Source: Octopus vulgaris
Lineage: Eukaryota
Reading direction: 5' to 3'
Length of the DNA: 64,000 bases
Assembly: GCA_951406725.2 (NCBI GenBank)
Contig: OX597834.1
Span: 13,702,001-13,766,000, forward strand
How positions within the stretch are numbered: position 1 is the stretch's first letter; each line of letters begins with the position of its first letter. The position numbers were made by a program, and so were the translations under genes. This document shows, piece by piece, positions 1 to 15,166 of this stretch. Under the pieces are notes generated by a model, which had not been told where the DNA came from, did not search any database, and worked only from the letters and a program-made list of their open reading frames with translations.

Positions 1-59
1 GTGATCGTAAAATAGAGGCACTCCTTTCGCATCGGTTCTGAAAGTGTTGAAGATGAAAT

Positions 60-685
60 TGGCAAATATTTGAAACTGCGTCAGTTGGGAATGTAATGTG
101 AGTTAAATACAATGAACATTTTAACTGATATTAGATTAATAACTTATTCATCTGATTACCTACATCGAAGTATATGGAATGAAGTGAAAATATATGCACG
201 GAGCAGAGCACTTCAGAGAGACCAAGCAAGAATAAAACACACGGTGTAGAACTATACGTGATAGTATTAACTGCTCCAGTATCTAATTGATTTGCAGAAA
301 TTCCAAGCCCTACGCTATCGGCTATGATTGTGCTAACATGCGACCACAAAGATAATTCGGACCAAAAGGAGCATCAGTTCTAGAAGGGTCAAGTACGCTA
401 CCTTATGTGCAAGATGATATGAACGCCAATGCTTTGTTTTACACGTATTATATCAAGATGATGTCAATGTGCTGGGGAATGGCCGGATGGATTTCGGAAT
501 AATCAGAACAAAGGATGAGGACACTTGTTCGATGGATGATATTTCTGCACCCGCATCTGGAGTACTGTGCACCTTCGTGGTCACCCCACAGTGATTTTTC
601 GGGAAGCTGAAAGAACTGCGATTCTGCTACCTTGAGGGAAGATAGGAGAGATATGATGTGATATATGTATGGCAATTCCTGGCAA
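60..685 (+). pseudogene. Degraded CR1/L2-group LINE reverse transcriptase fragment
   Basis: Manual translation across frameshifts and stops gives KLRQLG, VQDDMNA, GMAGWI/IIRTKDEDT, FLHPHLEYCAPSWSPH (542-589) and KELRFCYLEGR*ERYDVIYVWQFL. These match the RPHLEY..WSP and LERRRERY motifs of CR1/L2-type RT C-termini. Boundaries are approximate. Confidence 0.75.
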
Positions 686-2179
686 GATCGGCAACGAGCT
701 TTGGCATCGAGAGCTATACAAACCACCGAATGGGTCGTCACTGCACAGTGTGAAAGATCCCAACCATCCTGTCTACAGTGAATAACATCTGGTATAGGTC
801 AAGATTCAAAAACCTACGGCTATTTAATAACTTGACAAAAATATACAATACCTATCGATGGAATGGTGGAAAAATATTTTTATGAAACGAGTTGAGCTTA
901 TGCTGTCCAGGGTCCAAGACGAACTTGTATTACAGCAAGAAACTCAAAAGAGGGTTGTCATATCGAGTTCCTTCCACCTAAAATCCAATCGCATAAGGAT
1001 GGCCATTGAGAGGGTAATAATACTCGCGGTGCACTATCATGACAACAGCTTTAGTACCAAAACGCTTTAAAGAATAACAGAATACTGATGTTATTGTGTT
1101 GTTACACAGACCCTCAATCATCCCTTTAATATCTCACTGCTTCATGTTCATTATATCTAATATCTGACTGATAATATAATATCTAACTGCCACGTTTTTA
1201 TTATATGTAACTGTACATTTTCTAAAGCGTCTGTTTGTGTTTGTATGTGTTCGCATGTGTGTGTCCATGTGTCCGTGTGTCTTTCAAAAACACAGCGCAT
1301 TCTACGAGAGCATTCACTTGTTATTTCTAGTAGGGAGAAACTTTGCTGGTGTGACGCGACGGTCGGTAATACTCTTAAGTTTAGTAATACAGCAACTGTT
1401 GTCATTCAAGCTACATTGGTAGAAATTTAGCTCCAAGGGAATTAGTGTGAATATGTGATGTTGTGTTATACCGCGTGTAAATAGTGTAAATGCGTGATGT
1501 TGTCGTGTTATGCCGGGTCAGTTTTGATGTAGCCCCTCCTTCGCAGTGCGCATCAGTGAAACAAGATCATTCAATGTACTCGTTAATATACAAAGCAAAC
1601 ACTGAGAAGGCAGAGGATTTTCTTGTAACTCTATTCACGAAATTTCAAAGTATGAATCTAGTGTTGCTAACAAACAAAAGTTACTGTCACTAGTAGGAAA
1701 TCAGTTTGTATCGCTTGTATTAGTCCCAGTAAAATTATTTATTTAGGACATGATACATGCTTATTGATGGTGGCAGTAAAAGAATGATTTAGATTATGCA
1801 CATACACGGAATATCACATGCAGTCATTTCACCAAGGGTGTAATAATATAGTTATTCTAGGCTGTGATGTGTTAAAGATATTATGAGATATGTTCGTATC
1901 TTTTCGATATGAAAAACAAGTACGCTGATAATAGATATGTATATATATGTATGTAAACATATTCTCACACATATGTCAATACACTTTGCATGCAAATCTA
2001 TCTCCTTATGCATCACTTATTCTCTCTCTCTTTCATTCACTCTCTCTTTGTCTCTTCCTGTATTTTTCTCTCTCTTTCTCTCTGTAATTTATATGTATAT
2101 TTACATAGCATATGTACACATATAAATTTACTATAGAGCATATATAGTAAATACACATATACACAAAAACCCACGTATA

Positions 2180-2258
<79 letters not shown>

Positions 2259-3020
2259 TTGTGTATGTGTGTGTGTAGAATTTATGCATGCACATACGAA
2301 TGTATATATGGTTCGATAGAAAATTTTAGGTGAAATATATGCAGTACACAATAGAAAGCTCATACATTTAATTTTTAAAACATTTTTTTTTCAAACGTAA
2401 ATTTTATCATATGCGTCGTTTCAAAATATATCAATTCAACATAAATACATACTAACATATACATTTCAGCATACTTACACACGTACTTGTTTTGCATATA
2501 TGCACACAAACACCTATGTTTATGGTACCATACCTGTGCGTGCGTGTATGTCTATATGCATAGATAGTTACATTTCAATAAATTTGAACAGCGACTCTCA
2601 ATGATTGTATATGCCTTTTCAAGCAGCTATTCCCTTGCTGTTGAACTTTATAAAGATATAAACTCCACGTAGATTTATATCTCTCTGTTTTATGAATTTA
2701 TAAGTCCTAACAATAAAATCATCCTCTCTTTCTCACGCAACTGTTCACATATAATGTTCGTTTGTGTTATCTCTCTTCCTATTTCTCTTCTTCTTTCTAA
2801 ACGAATGCTAAGGGAGGTAGTTTGAAAAATGGCGCATACATAGGCTTATGCTTGCGCATTGTGCAAGTGTATCTATATGGATATCACTATATATATATAT
2901 ATATGCATCTTTTTATGTATATAAATTTATATTTAAATACATACACACAAACACATTCATACACACATATGTATATGTATATACATATATAAGGATACAC
3001 GCAAACAGACACTCACACAC

Positions 3021-3057
<37 letters not shown>

Positions 3058-3197
3058 GAACATATTTATATATAATCGATGCAAAACACATATATCTAAC
3101 TATATATTTAGTTTTCTACTGCGTACTTACCTCTTTCAATCTCACTTTCATTGTCCCACTTTCCCTTTCTTTCTCGCCTACTTTATATATACATGTT

Positions 3198-3280
<83 letters not shown>

Positions 3281-3322
3281 ATGTGTTTGGGTATAACTTC
3301 ATATATATATAAATTTTTAGCC

Positions 3323-3356
<34 letters not shown>

Positions 3357-4939
3357 CTATCTATCGATATATATAAATATGTATGTACTTATATACATGT
3401 ATGTGTGTATACACGTTTATCTATATATACACGCGCGATTGCGTACGTATGTACGCTTGCACTAAATATGTGTGTACGTATGCTATGCAAATAAACAGGC
3501 ATACATGTATTGATCCCTATATTACGACGCCTAGATACACGTGCATATGTAAATATACACCGAGCCTTCCATTTGTAGGACTAGAGTGTTTGAACACAGT
3601 TGCATGTGCAAAAATATGTCTAATCAAAAGAGAAAGAGAATTGTTGGTCCAAAATAAACGAGAAACATATCGATAGCTGTGTAGTGCTTTTCTGTTCTGT
3701 CTCATTGAAGTATAACTTTCATCTTTTTGAGCCATACATGCATATGTTTCAGTCTGTCTCTATGCATGTGTGTATGTACGTGCGTATATATGTTTTATGT
3801 ATGTATGGATGGATGGATGAAAGGATGGCTGGATAGAAGGTTGGTTAACCAGTTATAGATATATTTTGCCTTCTTAATATTTTGTTATCTCTTTTTTTTT
3901 CTTACAGTGCATCTAATATAGCTTCATACTGTATATATTTCTATACATATGGGGATTACTCGTATGCCGTAGATATTGAAATATATTCCCGAATACACAG
4001 CTCTCAGTACACACTGCATTCACGTTTCCTTTATCTTTTCATTGATATTCATATACGTATGGGGAAATTCGAACCGTTTTTACACACACGTATACACAAA
4101 TACAAACACTCTTATTTGCATTTGGTTATATAGGTTTGTGTTTGGTCGCGTGTACATGTGATTGAATTACACGCGTGTTTGTGAATATGTCTAAGCAGTC
4201 ATGAGTTAAGTCGATTTTGTTGGTGTTCAGTGTAAATAATATCGATTTCAATATGGCATACATCCTTCATATTTTCAGGCCTGCGCCATTGATCCACATT
4301 CAATCAAATGACACTAATAGCGCACAAATTAATCCAGCCTCACAAAACGCAGACTCAGTAAATTATGTCTTGCTATAAACTACCAGGTCCTGTAAAACAC
4401 ATGTGAGATTTATGTCATTCTCGCGTTAAGTTCGACTAACGAATAGAGACATTATTATCCTTATACTTTCAAGCTCCACTCACAAACAAGCGTTTCTATT
4501 CAATGATGCTATTAAATGTAATATATCACCGCCTCGTTTTTTTTATGAAGTAAATATTGAAAAAGAAATATGGCGACTATATATTTACGGTTAGTATTTG
4601 ATGCTATGCCGGGCATAAATTTGCTATTAACTTTGTACAGGTTATAGCTGAAGTAGGAAATCCAATATGAAAGATACAAAATTCCCTGCAGAACTTCAAG
4701 TCATAATACATCCATATATCATTTAATATCCTGACGATCTTAAATTCGGTGATTAGGTAACATGGATGAGTCTGCTGATTCTTCGTTCGTGGACATTGTG
4801 ATCAGTAGATCATGGTGTAGTACCACTGATCTAGAATAACGAATCTCATTATGGTCCGGCATCCGAATGGGGTGCGCATTGAATGGGTGGAATAGGTTAC
4901 ACTTGCCTGGTTTTGTGTACAACGAATGTGTACACAAGT

Positions 4940-5328
4940 GGTGGAAGCACTCCATCGGTTACGACGACGAGGGTTCCGGTTGATCCGAATCAACGGAACA
5001 GCCTGCTCGTGAAATTAACGTGTAAGTTGGCTGAGCACTCCACAGACACGTGTACCCTTAACGTAGTTCTCGGGGATATTCAGCGTGACACAGAGAGTGA
5101 CAAGGCCGGCCCTTTGAAATACAGGTACAACAGAAACAGGAAGTAAAAGTGAGAGAAAGTTGTGGTGAAAGAGTACAGCAGGGTTCACCACCATCCCCTG
5201 CCGGAGCCTCGTGGAGCTTTAGGTGTTTTCGCTCAATAAACACTCACAACGCCCGGTCTGGGAATCGAAACCGCGATCCTATGACCGCGAGTCCGCTGCC
5301 CTAACCACTGGGCCATTGCGCCTCCACC
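4940..5328 (-). mobile_element. tRNA-derived SINE family A (tRNA-Arg-like head), full length
   Basis: Head gtggaggcgcaatggcccagtggttagggcagcggactcgcggtc... has Pol III A/B-like boxes. 10-bp TSD gtacacaagt at 4930-4939 and 5329-5338. Close copies at 36311 and 42283. Confidence 0.92.
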
Positions 5329-5494
5329 GTACACAAGTACCATAGATGTGGACAAGTACCAAGTTTGTACATGAATTTACTTTCCATACAAATCTTTGAC
5401 AGTTAATGTTTGCATGTTCAAACCTAAAACCTCATGCGATATGGCTAAAATCTACACGAATATACGATAATAATCCACGAAATCAACATTTTTG

Positions 5495-5862
5495 TATCGA
5501 GCTTCGGTGTTGGAGAAGACTTTTACGGATTCCATGGACAGCGAGGCTCACCAATGGAGAAGTTCTTAAGCAGATATGGCCGAAAATGTCGGTAGAAGCT
5601 AGGATCACCAAGCATAGATTGGCATATTTTGGTCATATTATGCGTAGAAAATCCCTGGAGAAGGACATCATGCTCGGAATGGTCAGTGGTAAGAGAGGAA
5701 TAGGCCGACCAAGAACCCGCTGGCTTGACACCATCAGGAGTGATACCGGAATAGACATAGCCAATCTGAAAGAAGCGGCGCAGGATAGAACTGACTAGAG
5801 GACACTGATCCAACGAATGACCGAGAGTCGACTTCGACTGAGCGGATAGAGAGAGAGAGAGA
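5495..5862 (+). mobile_element. 5'-truncated RTE-clade (BovB-like) LINE 3' end
   Basis: ELRCWRRLLRIPWTARLTN...YFGHIMRRKSLEKDIMLG..GKRGIGRPRTRWLD is the typical RTE ORF C-terminus. One in-frame stop follows, then a (GA)n tail. Confidence 0.9.
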
Positions 5863-6618
5863 GTTAGTGCAAGGAGTTTGAAAGCATACTGACTGTTCAT
5901 GTAAGTGATCAAAGTTTAGCAGCAAAACATGCTACATCTAGAAAGATACTGGAGGAAATTCAATATTTTGAATGTATTGATGTGCAAACTCAGTATTTTG
6001 AATATTTCGATGTGGCGGGATAACAAATCATTGCAAATTACGTAAATACAAAGGAGGAAAAGTGAATATTTAGCTATCATCTCGTCGAGCTCGCTCGGTC
6101 ATTTTTACGCCATGCAAACCAACCAACTCTGTGTCTCTGATAAGTTGATCTATATACGGTTTGTACGGACGGACTTTCTCGAGTATGATCACACTTTGCA
6201 TTCCATAACAGTAGGTCACTTGCTAGCTCTTGCTTAGCTCGCCTGAGACGTTACGCAAACCACGGCTGCCTTTCCCTTATGATGTAAACAGAGAGGAAAT
6301 CTCCATTTAAGTACCTTCTGGTGGTATGATGTCGCAAAAGTAATTTGAGTCTGTTCATTACATTCGAGTGTAAGCTCCGCCTAGGATATATGTGTGTGTG
6401 TATGTGTGTATGTACATATGTGTTGCGTGCATATATATGTGTGTGTGTGTATATATATGTATTTCTAATATAGGATAAAATTTTTCAAAACATTTCACCA
6501 AGTGGCCATTATATTAAAATTAAATAGTCATGTATATTGTATGTGGTGTTCAACGATTTAAACTCTATTTATCAGCATTATGGCCTTAAGCTTTTTCTTT
6601 TGTCCTTATTTATAATTG

Positions 6619-6692
<74 letters not shown>

Positions 6693-6837
6693 TCAATTTA
6701 GGGTAGTAAAAAATTCGCTAGAAATTATTTTGCCACCAGCGGTCTAGTGAGAAAGAGGAAATAGTCAGAGACTATGAATAAATTCAACAACAATTGAGGA
6801 ACGGCTACAATATATATATATACGCATTTACAACACG

Positions 6838-6933
6838 GAGTTTTATCATGGCTACCGAATAATTGTCACATTATATTAACAGATAAAGTCCTCTATTTAC
6901 ATAATATCGAGGTCTCTTTCTTTTGTTGTCTTA

Positions 6934-6936
<3 letters not shown>
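6838..6936 (+). mobile_element. 3'-end remnant of a PLE related to the 43.4-46.4 kb element
   Basis: gagttttatcatggctaccgaataa...tcctctatttacataatatcgaggtctctttcttttgttgtcttacc aligns to the reverse complement of about 43407-43506 and runs into (TA)n. Confidence 0.75.
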
Positions 6937-6995
<59 letters not shown>

Positions 6996-7065
6996 TTGTT
7001 ATCGCCATATTAATATGGCATTCTTATATATATAAGACTTATAGAGACTTAGTAATTTTAATATT

Positions 7066-7112
<47 letters not shown>

Positions 7113-8283
7113 TATATAAAATGCATGATATGTCATCTTTAGCACACGGGGCCCCCAAAGTGGAAACAGCTGTAATACTGGAGTTGTATTTACTTATTTA
7201 TAGATTTATTCCTATGTTTGTAATAAATAGATTTTGCTGATGTTCATCGATTGAATCTCTTTTCCATGTTCTACTTTACCTTAAAAATTCTGTATAAACT
7301 CTCGTTTACCTCCATTTGTACCTATCATTCGATCATACATTTGGATATAAATAGGTATCCCTCCAGTCGTATAATGGATATTTATTATCCCTCAGTTGGT
7401 TGCCTAAATTCTAACTCATGTAAACATATATATATGTATGTATGTTTGTGTGTGTGTGTGTGAGAGAGAGAGAGAGTGATAATGTAGTTGCATATAAATC
7501 GCGAATACATATATACAAGATGTGTGAAGCTAATTATTGTATAAACACAGACGTTATTTTCGTATACGTATTATGTTTTCATGTGTTGATATCGTCACCT
7601 AGTAACGCTAGTAGAACGCACCTATATAAGACAGTCGCTTCGCTGTAGATCATTATATTTTTCTTTGGTTTCCGTTTTTTATTATTGAAGTGTGATATTT
7701 CCTGTTACACATATATTTACGAAGAACGTTCCTGTTTTGTCACGTAATCCACTGGTTTAATGTTTGATTACATCATTGTTGCTTGGTGTTCCGTCTGATA
7801 CACAACATTCATTTCATCTCACTTTTATTTAGAGGAGAATCTGTCTTTTAAATACAGAATTCTGTTTCAGGAATTCGTTTGCAAATAATGGCAGGTTTTC
7901 ATTCAATTGTCTGTACCTTACATGATTATGTTTAAAATTTATCTCAATAGAATTAAATTCTATTGACTGCATTCTCATATAATCAATGTTGTCTGTCTGT
8001 TTTTAAGTCAATTATCGACACATTCTATCTATATAATTAGTTGTGTACACGCTAACAACTCTGACTATGTCAAACTAAAGCAAATATATATATCCTTTCA
8101 ACATAAAACTTTATTTATTATATTATTTGAGTTAGTTATATTGTGAAACGCGTTTCCAGTAATTTACTATTGATATGCAGGGACATTGCTTTCCTGGCGT
8201 CTGCTAAATATATTAATGTTTGTGCGTGTGTATATCTACCTACCTCCCAGTTATTGTATATACATATATGTGTGTGTGAGCGT

Positions 8284-8570
8284 GTGAAGGCACGTAGCTA
8301 GGTTGTTATACCAGCGATTGCAAGATCGTAGTTTCGAGTCCCAGACAGGGCATTGTCTTGTGTTCTTGAGCAAAGCAGTTCGTTTCACGTAGCTCTGCGA
8401 TCATTTCGTCACCTGATATGTAGCACCCAGTTGCACCTGTAGAGGTGATGTCGATATGATGGACAGAGTGAGCATATGTGAACGCAAAATTTTGATGACT
8501 ATAAACAGATTATTTGTGTGGTTGTTCGGCAAGAAATTCAATTCTGTATTGGTAACTAAGGGCTTTACAC
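8284..8570 (+). mobile_element. Old tRNA-derived SINE (head H2 plus central domain, distinct tail)
   Basis: gtgaaggcacgtagct...gtttcgagtccc...tgtgttcttgagcaaagca..tttcacgt is shared with the copies at 31418, 59138 and 60211. The 3' boundary is approximate. Confidence 0.6.
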
Positions 8571-8679
8571 AGAGCTACAGTACAGGACAGACAACGTGGC
8601 GTCATACATATAATCGATAACAAAATGAAATAGCAACATGGTGTGTGAACAGTGGTAACAAATGTGAAGTTTGAAAATT

Positions 8680-8835
8680 GGAGGGGCTGTGTGGTAAGTA
8701 GCTTGCTTACAAACCACATGGTTCCGGGTTCAACCCCACAGCCTGGCATCTTGGGCAAGTGGCTTCTAATATAGCCTGGAGCTCACCAAAGCTTTGTGAG
8801 TGGATTTGGTACAGAGAAACTGAAAGAATCACGTC

Positions 8836-8920
<85 letters not shown>

Positions 8921-9118
8921 TGTATGTATGTATGTATGTACGTGTGGTGTGTTTCCGTCCCCGTTACATAGCGGTTCGTCAAAAGAGACCGATAGAGTAA
9001 GTACTAGGCTTACAAAAAATAGGTCCTGCTGTCTATTTAATCGACAAAAGGTCGTGTACCAGCATGACCACAGTCAAATGACTAAAACAAGTAAAAAAAA
9101 GTAAAAGAGTAAAGAGAG
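8680..9118 (+). mobile_element. SINE family B (internal microsatellite)
   Basis: Head ggctgtgtggtaagtagcttgct...gggttca, internal (TA)n, tail ...cagtcaaatgactaaaacaagtaaaa.. with gtaaaaga repeats. Homologous to 62146-62554. Confidence 0.88.
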
Positions 9119-9747
9119 TATAAATGAGGATATCAAGGTGGTACTCCATAAAAAGGAGCATGCTGGGTTGGGCGTGAAAACCCGTTAAGCGAGTGTGTAC
9201 GGTAACAAAGATAAAAAACGGAGAACGTGGTACACAATTACGAATACAAACAACAAGAAATAACAACGGTTACACAAGCGCCAATTACCTAATTCGTTCA
9301 ATTCTAAAACCACAGGTTACTATATATGAGACGCTGTTGATAAAGATATTAACTTTTCTTCCTGCAATGCCAAGGCCGACTAGGTAGCCAACGTCAAGAA
9401 TATGGTGGAAAACTTTCCGTGGGACACATTGACGAAAGCATTCGCCAGGTTTCGGATCCGTGTTTAGGGTATGGTGACAACTGAGGCTGGTTACGTTGAC
9501 TAAATTATTATCTGCGCCTGTCATATTATAGTTGATAATTTTTGAGTTTATAAAATACATCTATTTATGGATGGAATATTGTGTCTTCTTTTTGTTTACT
9601 ACACTTTAAAATCTAATCGTGAACATCCACTATATATACACATACGGAGACAAACACGCACATAGATACACACACAGATACACATATACAGAGGCACACA
9701 CACAGGCACACAATTTTACACTATGTAGTGCATATCTATATACATTA

Positions 9748-10048
9748 CTAGTAGTATCGCCCAGGGTTGCTCGGGTTAGTAAGGGAAAATTCTATATAAG
9801 CATTTTTAGAGAGTTACTTCCCTTATATAATAGCAAAAAATTGCATTAGAAATGGGAAAAAATTATGGTAATTTTTTTTTAAATCGTAGACTCATCGTAG
9901 ACGCGCGCTAATACCCAGAAGCGCTCGATATGAATCACGACTATAAGATACCCGCTTTTGGTTACACTGCACCGCAAAATGTGGGAGTAGTTACGAATCT
10001 AAATCGTAGGAGACAGACAGCACACAAACTTACTTTTATATATAAAGA
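9748..10048 (-). mobile_element. Non-autonomous Helitron (301 bp)
   Basis: On the minus strand it starts TCTTTATATATAAAAG and ends with the hairpin cccgagcaaccctggg followed by CTAG. It sits between host A and T with no TSD. Confidence 0.8.
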
Positions 10049-10298
10049 TATAACCGATAACATTTGCATACAAGGCATGATTTCATGGAAACTTTAATTT
10101 CTAAACTCTGTCATATGATAACGACACATAAGTATGATTGAATACGATATACCTACATCTATCAGTCTATCTTTCTCTTTATCTATCTACCTATTCATCT
10201 CTCTCTCTCTCTCTCTGTATATGTGTGTGTCTGTGTTTTTGTATGTATTCGTACATATTTACAGATACATATATGGATATCTGTATATCTATATATCT

Positions 10299-10330
<32 letters not shown>

Positions 10331-10335
10331 CTATA

Positions 10336-10461
<126 letters not shown>

Positions 10462-11018
10462 TCTGTGTGTTTGTTCATCATATCTGTAGAGAATGAATAT
10501 TTACTGTTAATATATTCTCTACGTGTGTCGTGATTTCTAGTAATTTTGATTGCAATTCTGTCACTGTATGCCAGAGAAATCTTCGACGTTTGCATATTAC
10601 CATGTTACACGCCACATTATATGACAAACCAAGTAAAAAGAACAGTCATATCAAAAGTAGACATGAACCGTGACTAAAGCAAGGCGATTTGAAATAAAGA
10701 TGAGAATACACACACCCACACACACATATGTATGTATATATATATGTATATATATATCATAATTATTATTTGAGGGAATAAAATCCAAACTTACAAGGAA
10801 AAAGAATTATATACATTTTTTATTATTTTTGTAATTTATTTAATCCTTACTTTTTATAGTTATTTTAATTATAACTTTTCTATTATATGTAATTTTCTAG
10901 ATGTTCTAATTTAATTATTCATTTTCAATTGATAAAAGGTGTTTTTTTCTAATATTTTATATATATATATATATACACATACATATATATATATGTATAT
11001 ATATATATATACACATAC

Positions 11019-11049
<31 letters not shown>

Positions 11050-11111
11050 TACACATACATATATATATGTATATATATATATTCACATATATACATATAT
11101 ATATATATGTA

Positions 11112-11175
<64 letters not shown>

Positions 11176-12091
11176 ATACATATATAGCAATATATATACA
11201 ATTTCTGGTACATGCACAGAAAAATAGGGTGAAGATGTATGTATATATGAGAATATGTATATATGAATACATGTACATCTCTCTGTGTATGTATGAGTGT
11301 ATATGCATGTATATATGAGTAAATATATATATATGAATACATGTACATCTCTGTGTGTATGTATAAGTGTATATGTATGTATATCTATATATTCATATAT
11401 ACATTTGTACATGTATACATGTACAAATCTACCTCTATGTAGATATATGTGTGTCTATGCGTGTGTGCATTTTTTTAAACACATTAATACATATCTGCGG
11501 TTCTATATTGTTTTAAGAATCTTTTATAAACTCTTGCTTGTCTATTCATGAAATATAGGTCAGACCATAATGTTTACATCCGGTTTTTGTTTTGTGTTTC
11601 CTCTGAGTATCAGACATATTGAATTAAACCGATTACTGAGGAAGAATATGCACGTTTTACAGTCACCCCACCATACACACATATATATACGTACACACAA
11701 ACACACCACACGTACAGACAAATATACAGATGTCTTTTACCCAATGTTTTTGGTCAAATTTTTTTCGCTTCATTGGCGATGTTCTGGCTTTCCTTTATAT
11801 TTGTCTATGTGTATGAATGAGCAGAAACGTGTTTATATTGTTTTGTTTTTTGGTTTTTCTTTTTATGTGTTTCATCTTTTCTGCATATCTGTCCAAAACT
11901 TGCTTCATCATCACAAATACGATGCGTAAGCATAAAGAAGGTTCCAGAAATGCATGTGCATGAGAACGCATTCTCAGCTATTCCTCAACACAAACATAAA
12001 TAAACAATACCATAGAAGCATAAAATATATTTATTCTCATACACACATATATATTTGTACGCCTTTGGACGAGCAAATATGTACATGCGTG

Positions 12092-12148
<57 letters not shown>

Positions 12149-12212
12149 CGTATGTATATTCACATATATATATAAATTTATATATATATATATATATATT
12201 ACATACTATATA

Positions 12213-12264
<52 letters not shown>

Positions 12265-12321
12265 CATATATATGGATATATATATATATATATCATATGT
12301 ATATATATATATATGTATATA

Positions 12322-12375
<54 letters not shown>

Positions 12376-13464
12376 CATATATATAAAACGAAAGAGATTT
12401 CAGCGTTCAGCGTCATGACACAATGTAGATAAATTCTTGTATACACAACATATTGAACCTCGCAAACATGTATTCGGTTTTAGAGGGAAAAATTCATGTG
12501 CATGTTAACGTTTTTAATAGAGTAAATATAATCTGAAATATTCCTCCTCAGAATATGGGATTCGTTAGGCATAATATTTTATGGCTCTGTCCAGACTATT
12601 CATTGACTAAGAAGGAATTGATCCGTCATATATGCATCGTGCAATCCGATTGGCCGCCGCTAAGGGACAACTCAGAATATTTGCTGGTATCAAATGCATG
12701 ACAAAATACGGCGAATCGCTTTCTTAGTGGTTCCAGTATGTCTCAAGCGTATTTGGAATGTTAACAAGTTAGTATATTGCTACATCATTGTTTAGGGCTT
12801 AGAGCCAGTATTTCTATTACTCTGAGCCACTGATGAGCACAATTAATCATTGGCTGACTACGGTAATTTCATAAGAGGGACCTGTCTGTCGTGACTATCC
12901 TTTCGATATCTGTATATGAGGAGGAGATAAACACTCCGGAATGCATGCATCTCACAGTCCGGTTAGGTAACTCTGAAAGTTGACTCGGTGTATTCATACC
13001 CTATATTCTACAACGGGTATGTTTTTGCACGACAAAATATAATGAATTGCTTTCTGAAATGTTCGAATATGCCTGAAGTATATATGAAATCTTACCAAGT
13101 TTATAATTATTAGTTGAGTTTATTTTAAATAATTGGCTGTTGAGCCGAGATATGAAGATGTTAGTATCTAATTGGTGCGAATTACTCTATTTCATTTACA
13201 GAGACGTATTAGTGACAGTAAATTTCTTATGATTTGTGCTCCTTTTACCGAAACAGTAAGGAACCGTTGAAATGGTTCAGGCAACATCTTAAGTACACCA
13301 GCCATATCTCATTCAAATCATCAGGTGATACCTAAATGAAAAATAATTGCAATTTGAACGTCATATTTCTCGATTACCTGTCTGTGATGAACTTGACAAT
13401 ACGGTTATTGGTGGAATCTATTTGACACCAGATCTGTTTATCGAAAATGATAAGCAACTTCATA

Positions 13465-14018
13465 TCAGGTTATCCGGAATGTTCGTGCCGATTTTTAAAG
13501 GAAAGAAAAAGGTCAACAAATACTTACCACTAGATTTTTAATCAACCAAATATGAAACATTTTGTTGCACAATGCGTCTCCTATTTCCTTTAACTTGAAT
13601 ATACCCTCTTCCCAGAATTGAGATGGTTTCATGGCAAAGGATCCATCAAGGTATCTTTTTACGTCATCCAAGGAATTGAATTTTTTACAATTAAGACTAT
13701 TCTGCAGAGACCTGAATAAGTGGAAATCCGAAGGAGCAATATATGGTGAATATGGAGGGTGGGGTAACACATCCCAGCCGAGCTGCAGCAATTTTTGTCT
13801 GGTTCCGAAAGTATCAAGTGCCAAAAATGAACTTTTTTATCTTCCATTTTAAAGGGTTACAGAATTAACACAGGCTATAGGAACATAAATCTTCTTCCAC
13901 AAAAAGATAGCTTAAAATGGAGGTGCAGTGAAATCATATTTTATGGACTCAACCACGTTCTAAAATAAGTCGAAAGGTAAGCTACTATATATCGACACGA
14001 ACTTTCCAGAAAACCCAA
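13465..14018 (-). mobile_element. Internally deleted mariner element
   Basis: Imperfect ~30-bp TIRs (tcaggttatccggaatgttcgtgccgat / atcgacacgaactttccagaaaacccaa) flanked by TA. The N-terminal MEDKKVHFWHL is joined to the C-terminal TRQKLLQLGWDVLPHPPYSPYIAPSDFHLFRSLQN in another frame. Confidence 0.88.
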
Positions 14019-14894
14019 TAATAATAATAAATTCGTACCACGGAAGGATTACTCGAACACCTATCGTTCGAAGACCTTTTACATTTTTCTATATCGTTTT
14101 AGTTTTCATTTATAGATCACAGTATTTGTGTTAGTAAGCCATGAAGACCTTCATTTGTATATATGTTTAACATATATTGAATGTATACATAATTTAAACA
14201 ATCCAATTGTCTCTTAATAAGTCTAACAAAATCAAAACAGGAAAAATTATGCAGTATTAGCCTGAAATATTTACATAAACATATAATCTATAAGTTTCGT
14301 TGATACATTAATCCAAGTCTGAGCAGTACATGTAGAATATTCGATGAGAATAATGTGCCATATATCTTTTGTTACACATTGGTAGGAAACTTGTATAGTT
14401 TCAGAATGTAACTGAGTTGGGACACAAAGTGCATAGACATTGGGTTTGTAATGTGGACGAGTATAGAAAAGTCTCCATATTACAAGATGAGTGTTCGTCT
14501 CAAGTGAAGAAATATTATGAGATCGAGAACCGTTCATGCCGTAATACACGTAGATCCATTGTAAAACACATTACATTTGAATATGACGTGATGTATATTC
14601 CAGCAGTTTCCTTGAAATAACAGCACTTCCGTCTTGACAGTGAACAATACACGAACGTGAAAATGTGGCTATGAAATATTTATTCTGACGGAACATTGAT
14701 TAATGGCTCACAAACAACAGAGTAATCATGTTTTGTTTGCATCTGCATTTAAAAGCAGAATTACATTGTTCAGTTGTATTACAAGATCACACGTGGCCTG
14801 GCATTTTTCAAATGATTGGTCTGAAAATACAAATACGATTTTGCAGTCAATAGAGTAAACAAAAAGATTCTTGTACATTTATGATAAACAACTA

Positions 14895-14965
14895 AAATAA
14901 GGCTATCTGAGAGACACCGTCATGCCGAAATAGCAGTCAAACCCTGACTCTAAAACCCACCTAAA
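14895..14965. repeat. Short dispersed repeat shared with 39395-39465, probable PLE-end remnant
   Basis: taaggctatctgagagacaccgtcatgccgaaatagcagtcaaaccctgac versus taaggtatctgagagatacccccatgctgaaatagcagtcaaaaccttgac. The motif gaaatagcagtcaaa also occurs in the 16.9-18.0 kb element. Confidence 0.55.
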
Positions 14966-15112
14966 ATGTTCATATCGCACCATGAGATAAGACAGAGAGA
15001 CAAAATAAACTAGCAAAAATAGTATTACTGAATAATTCAATATCCTGGATTTCTAGCTTTGCTCCAAATAAGCTCAGTTTTCGTCAGTTGAATATACCAC
15101 ATTAGCACATAA

Positions 15113-15166
<54 letters not shown>

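Noticed and set aside
5255-5328. tRNA-Arg-like sequence (also at other SINE heads)
   Set aside because: It is part of a TSD-flanked SINE and is not a standalone tRNA gene.
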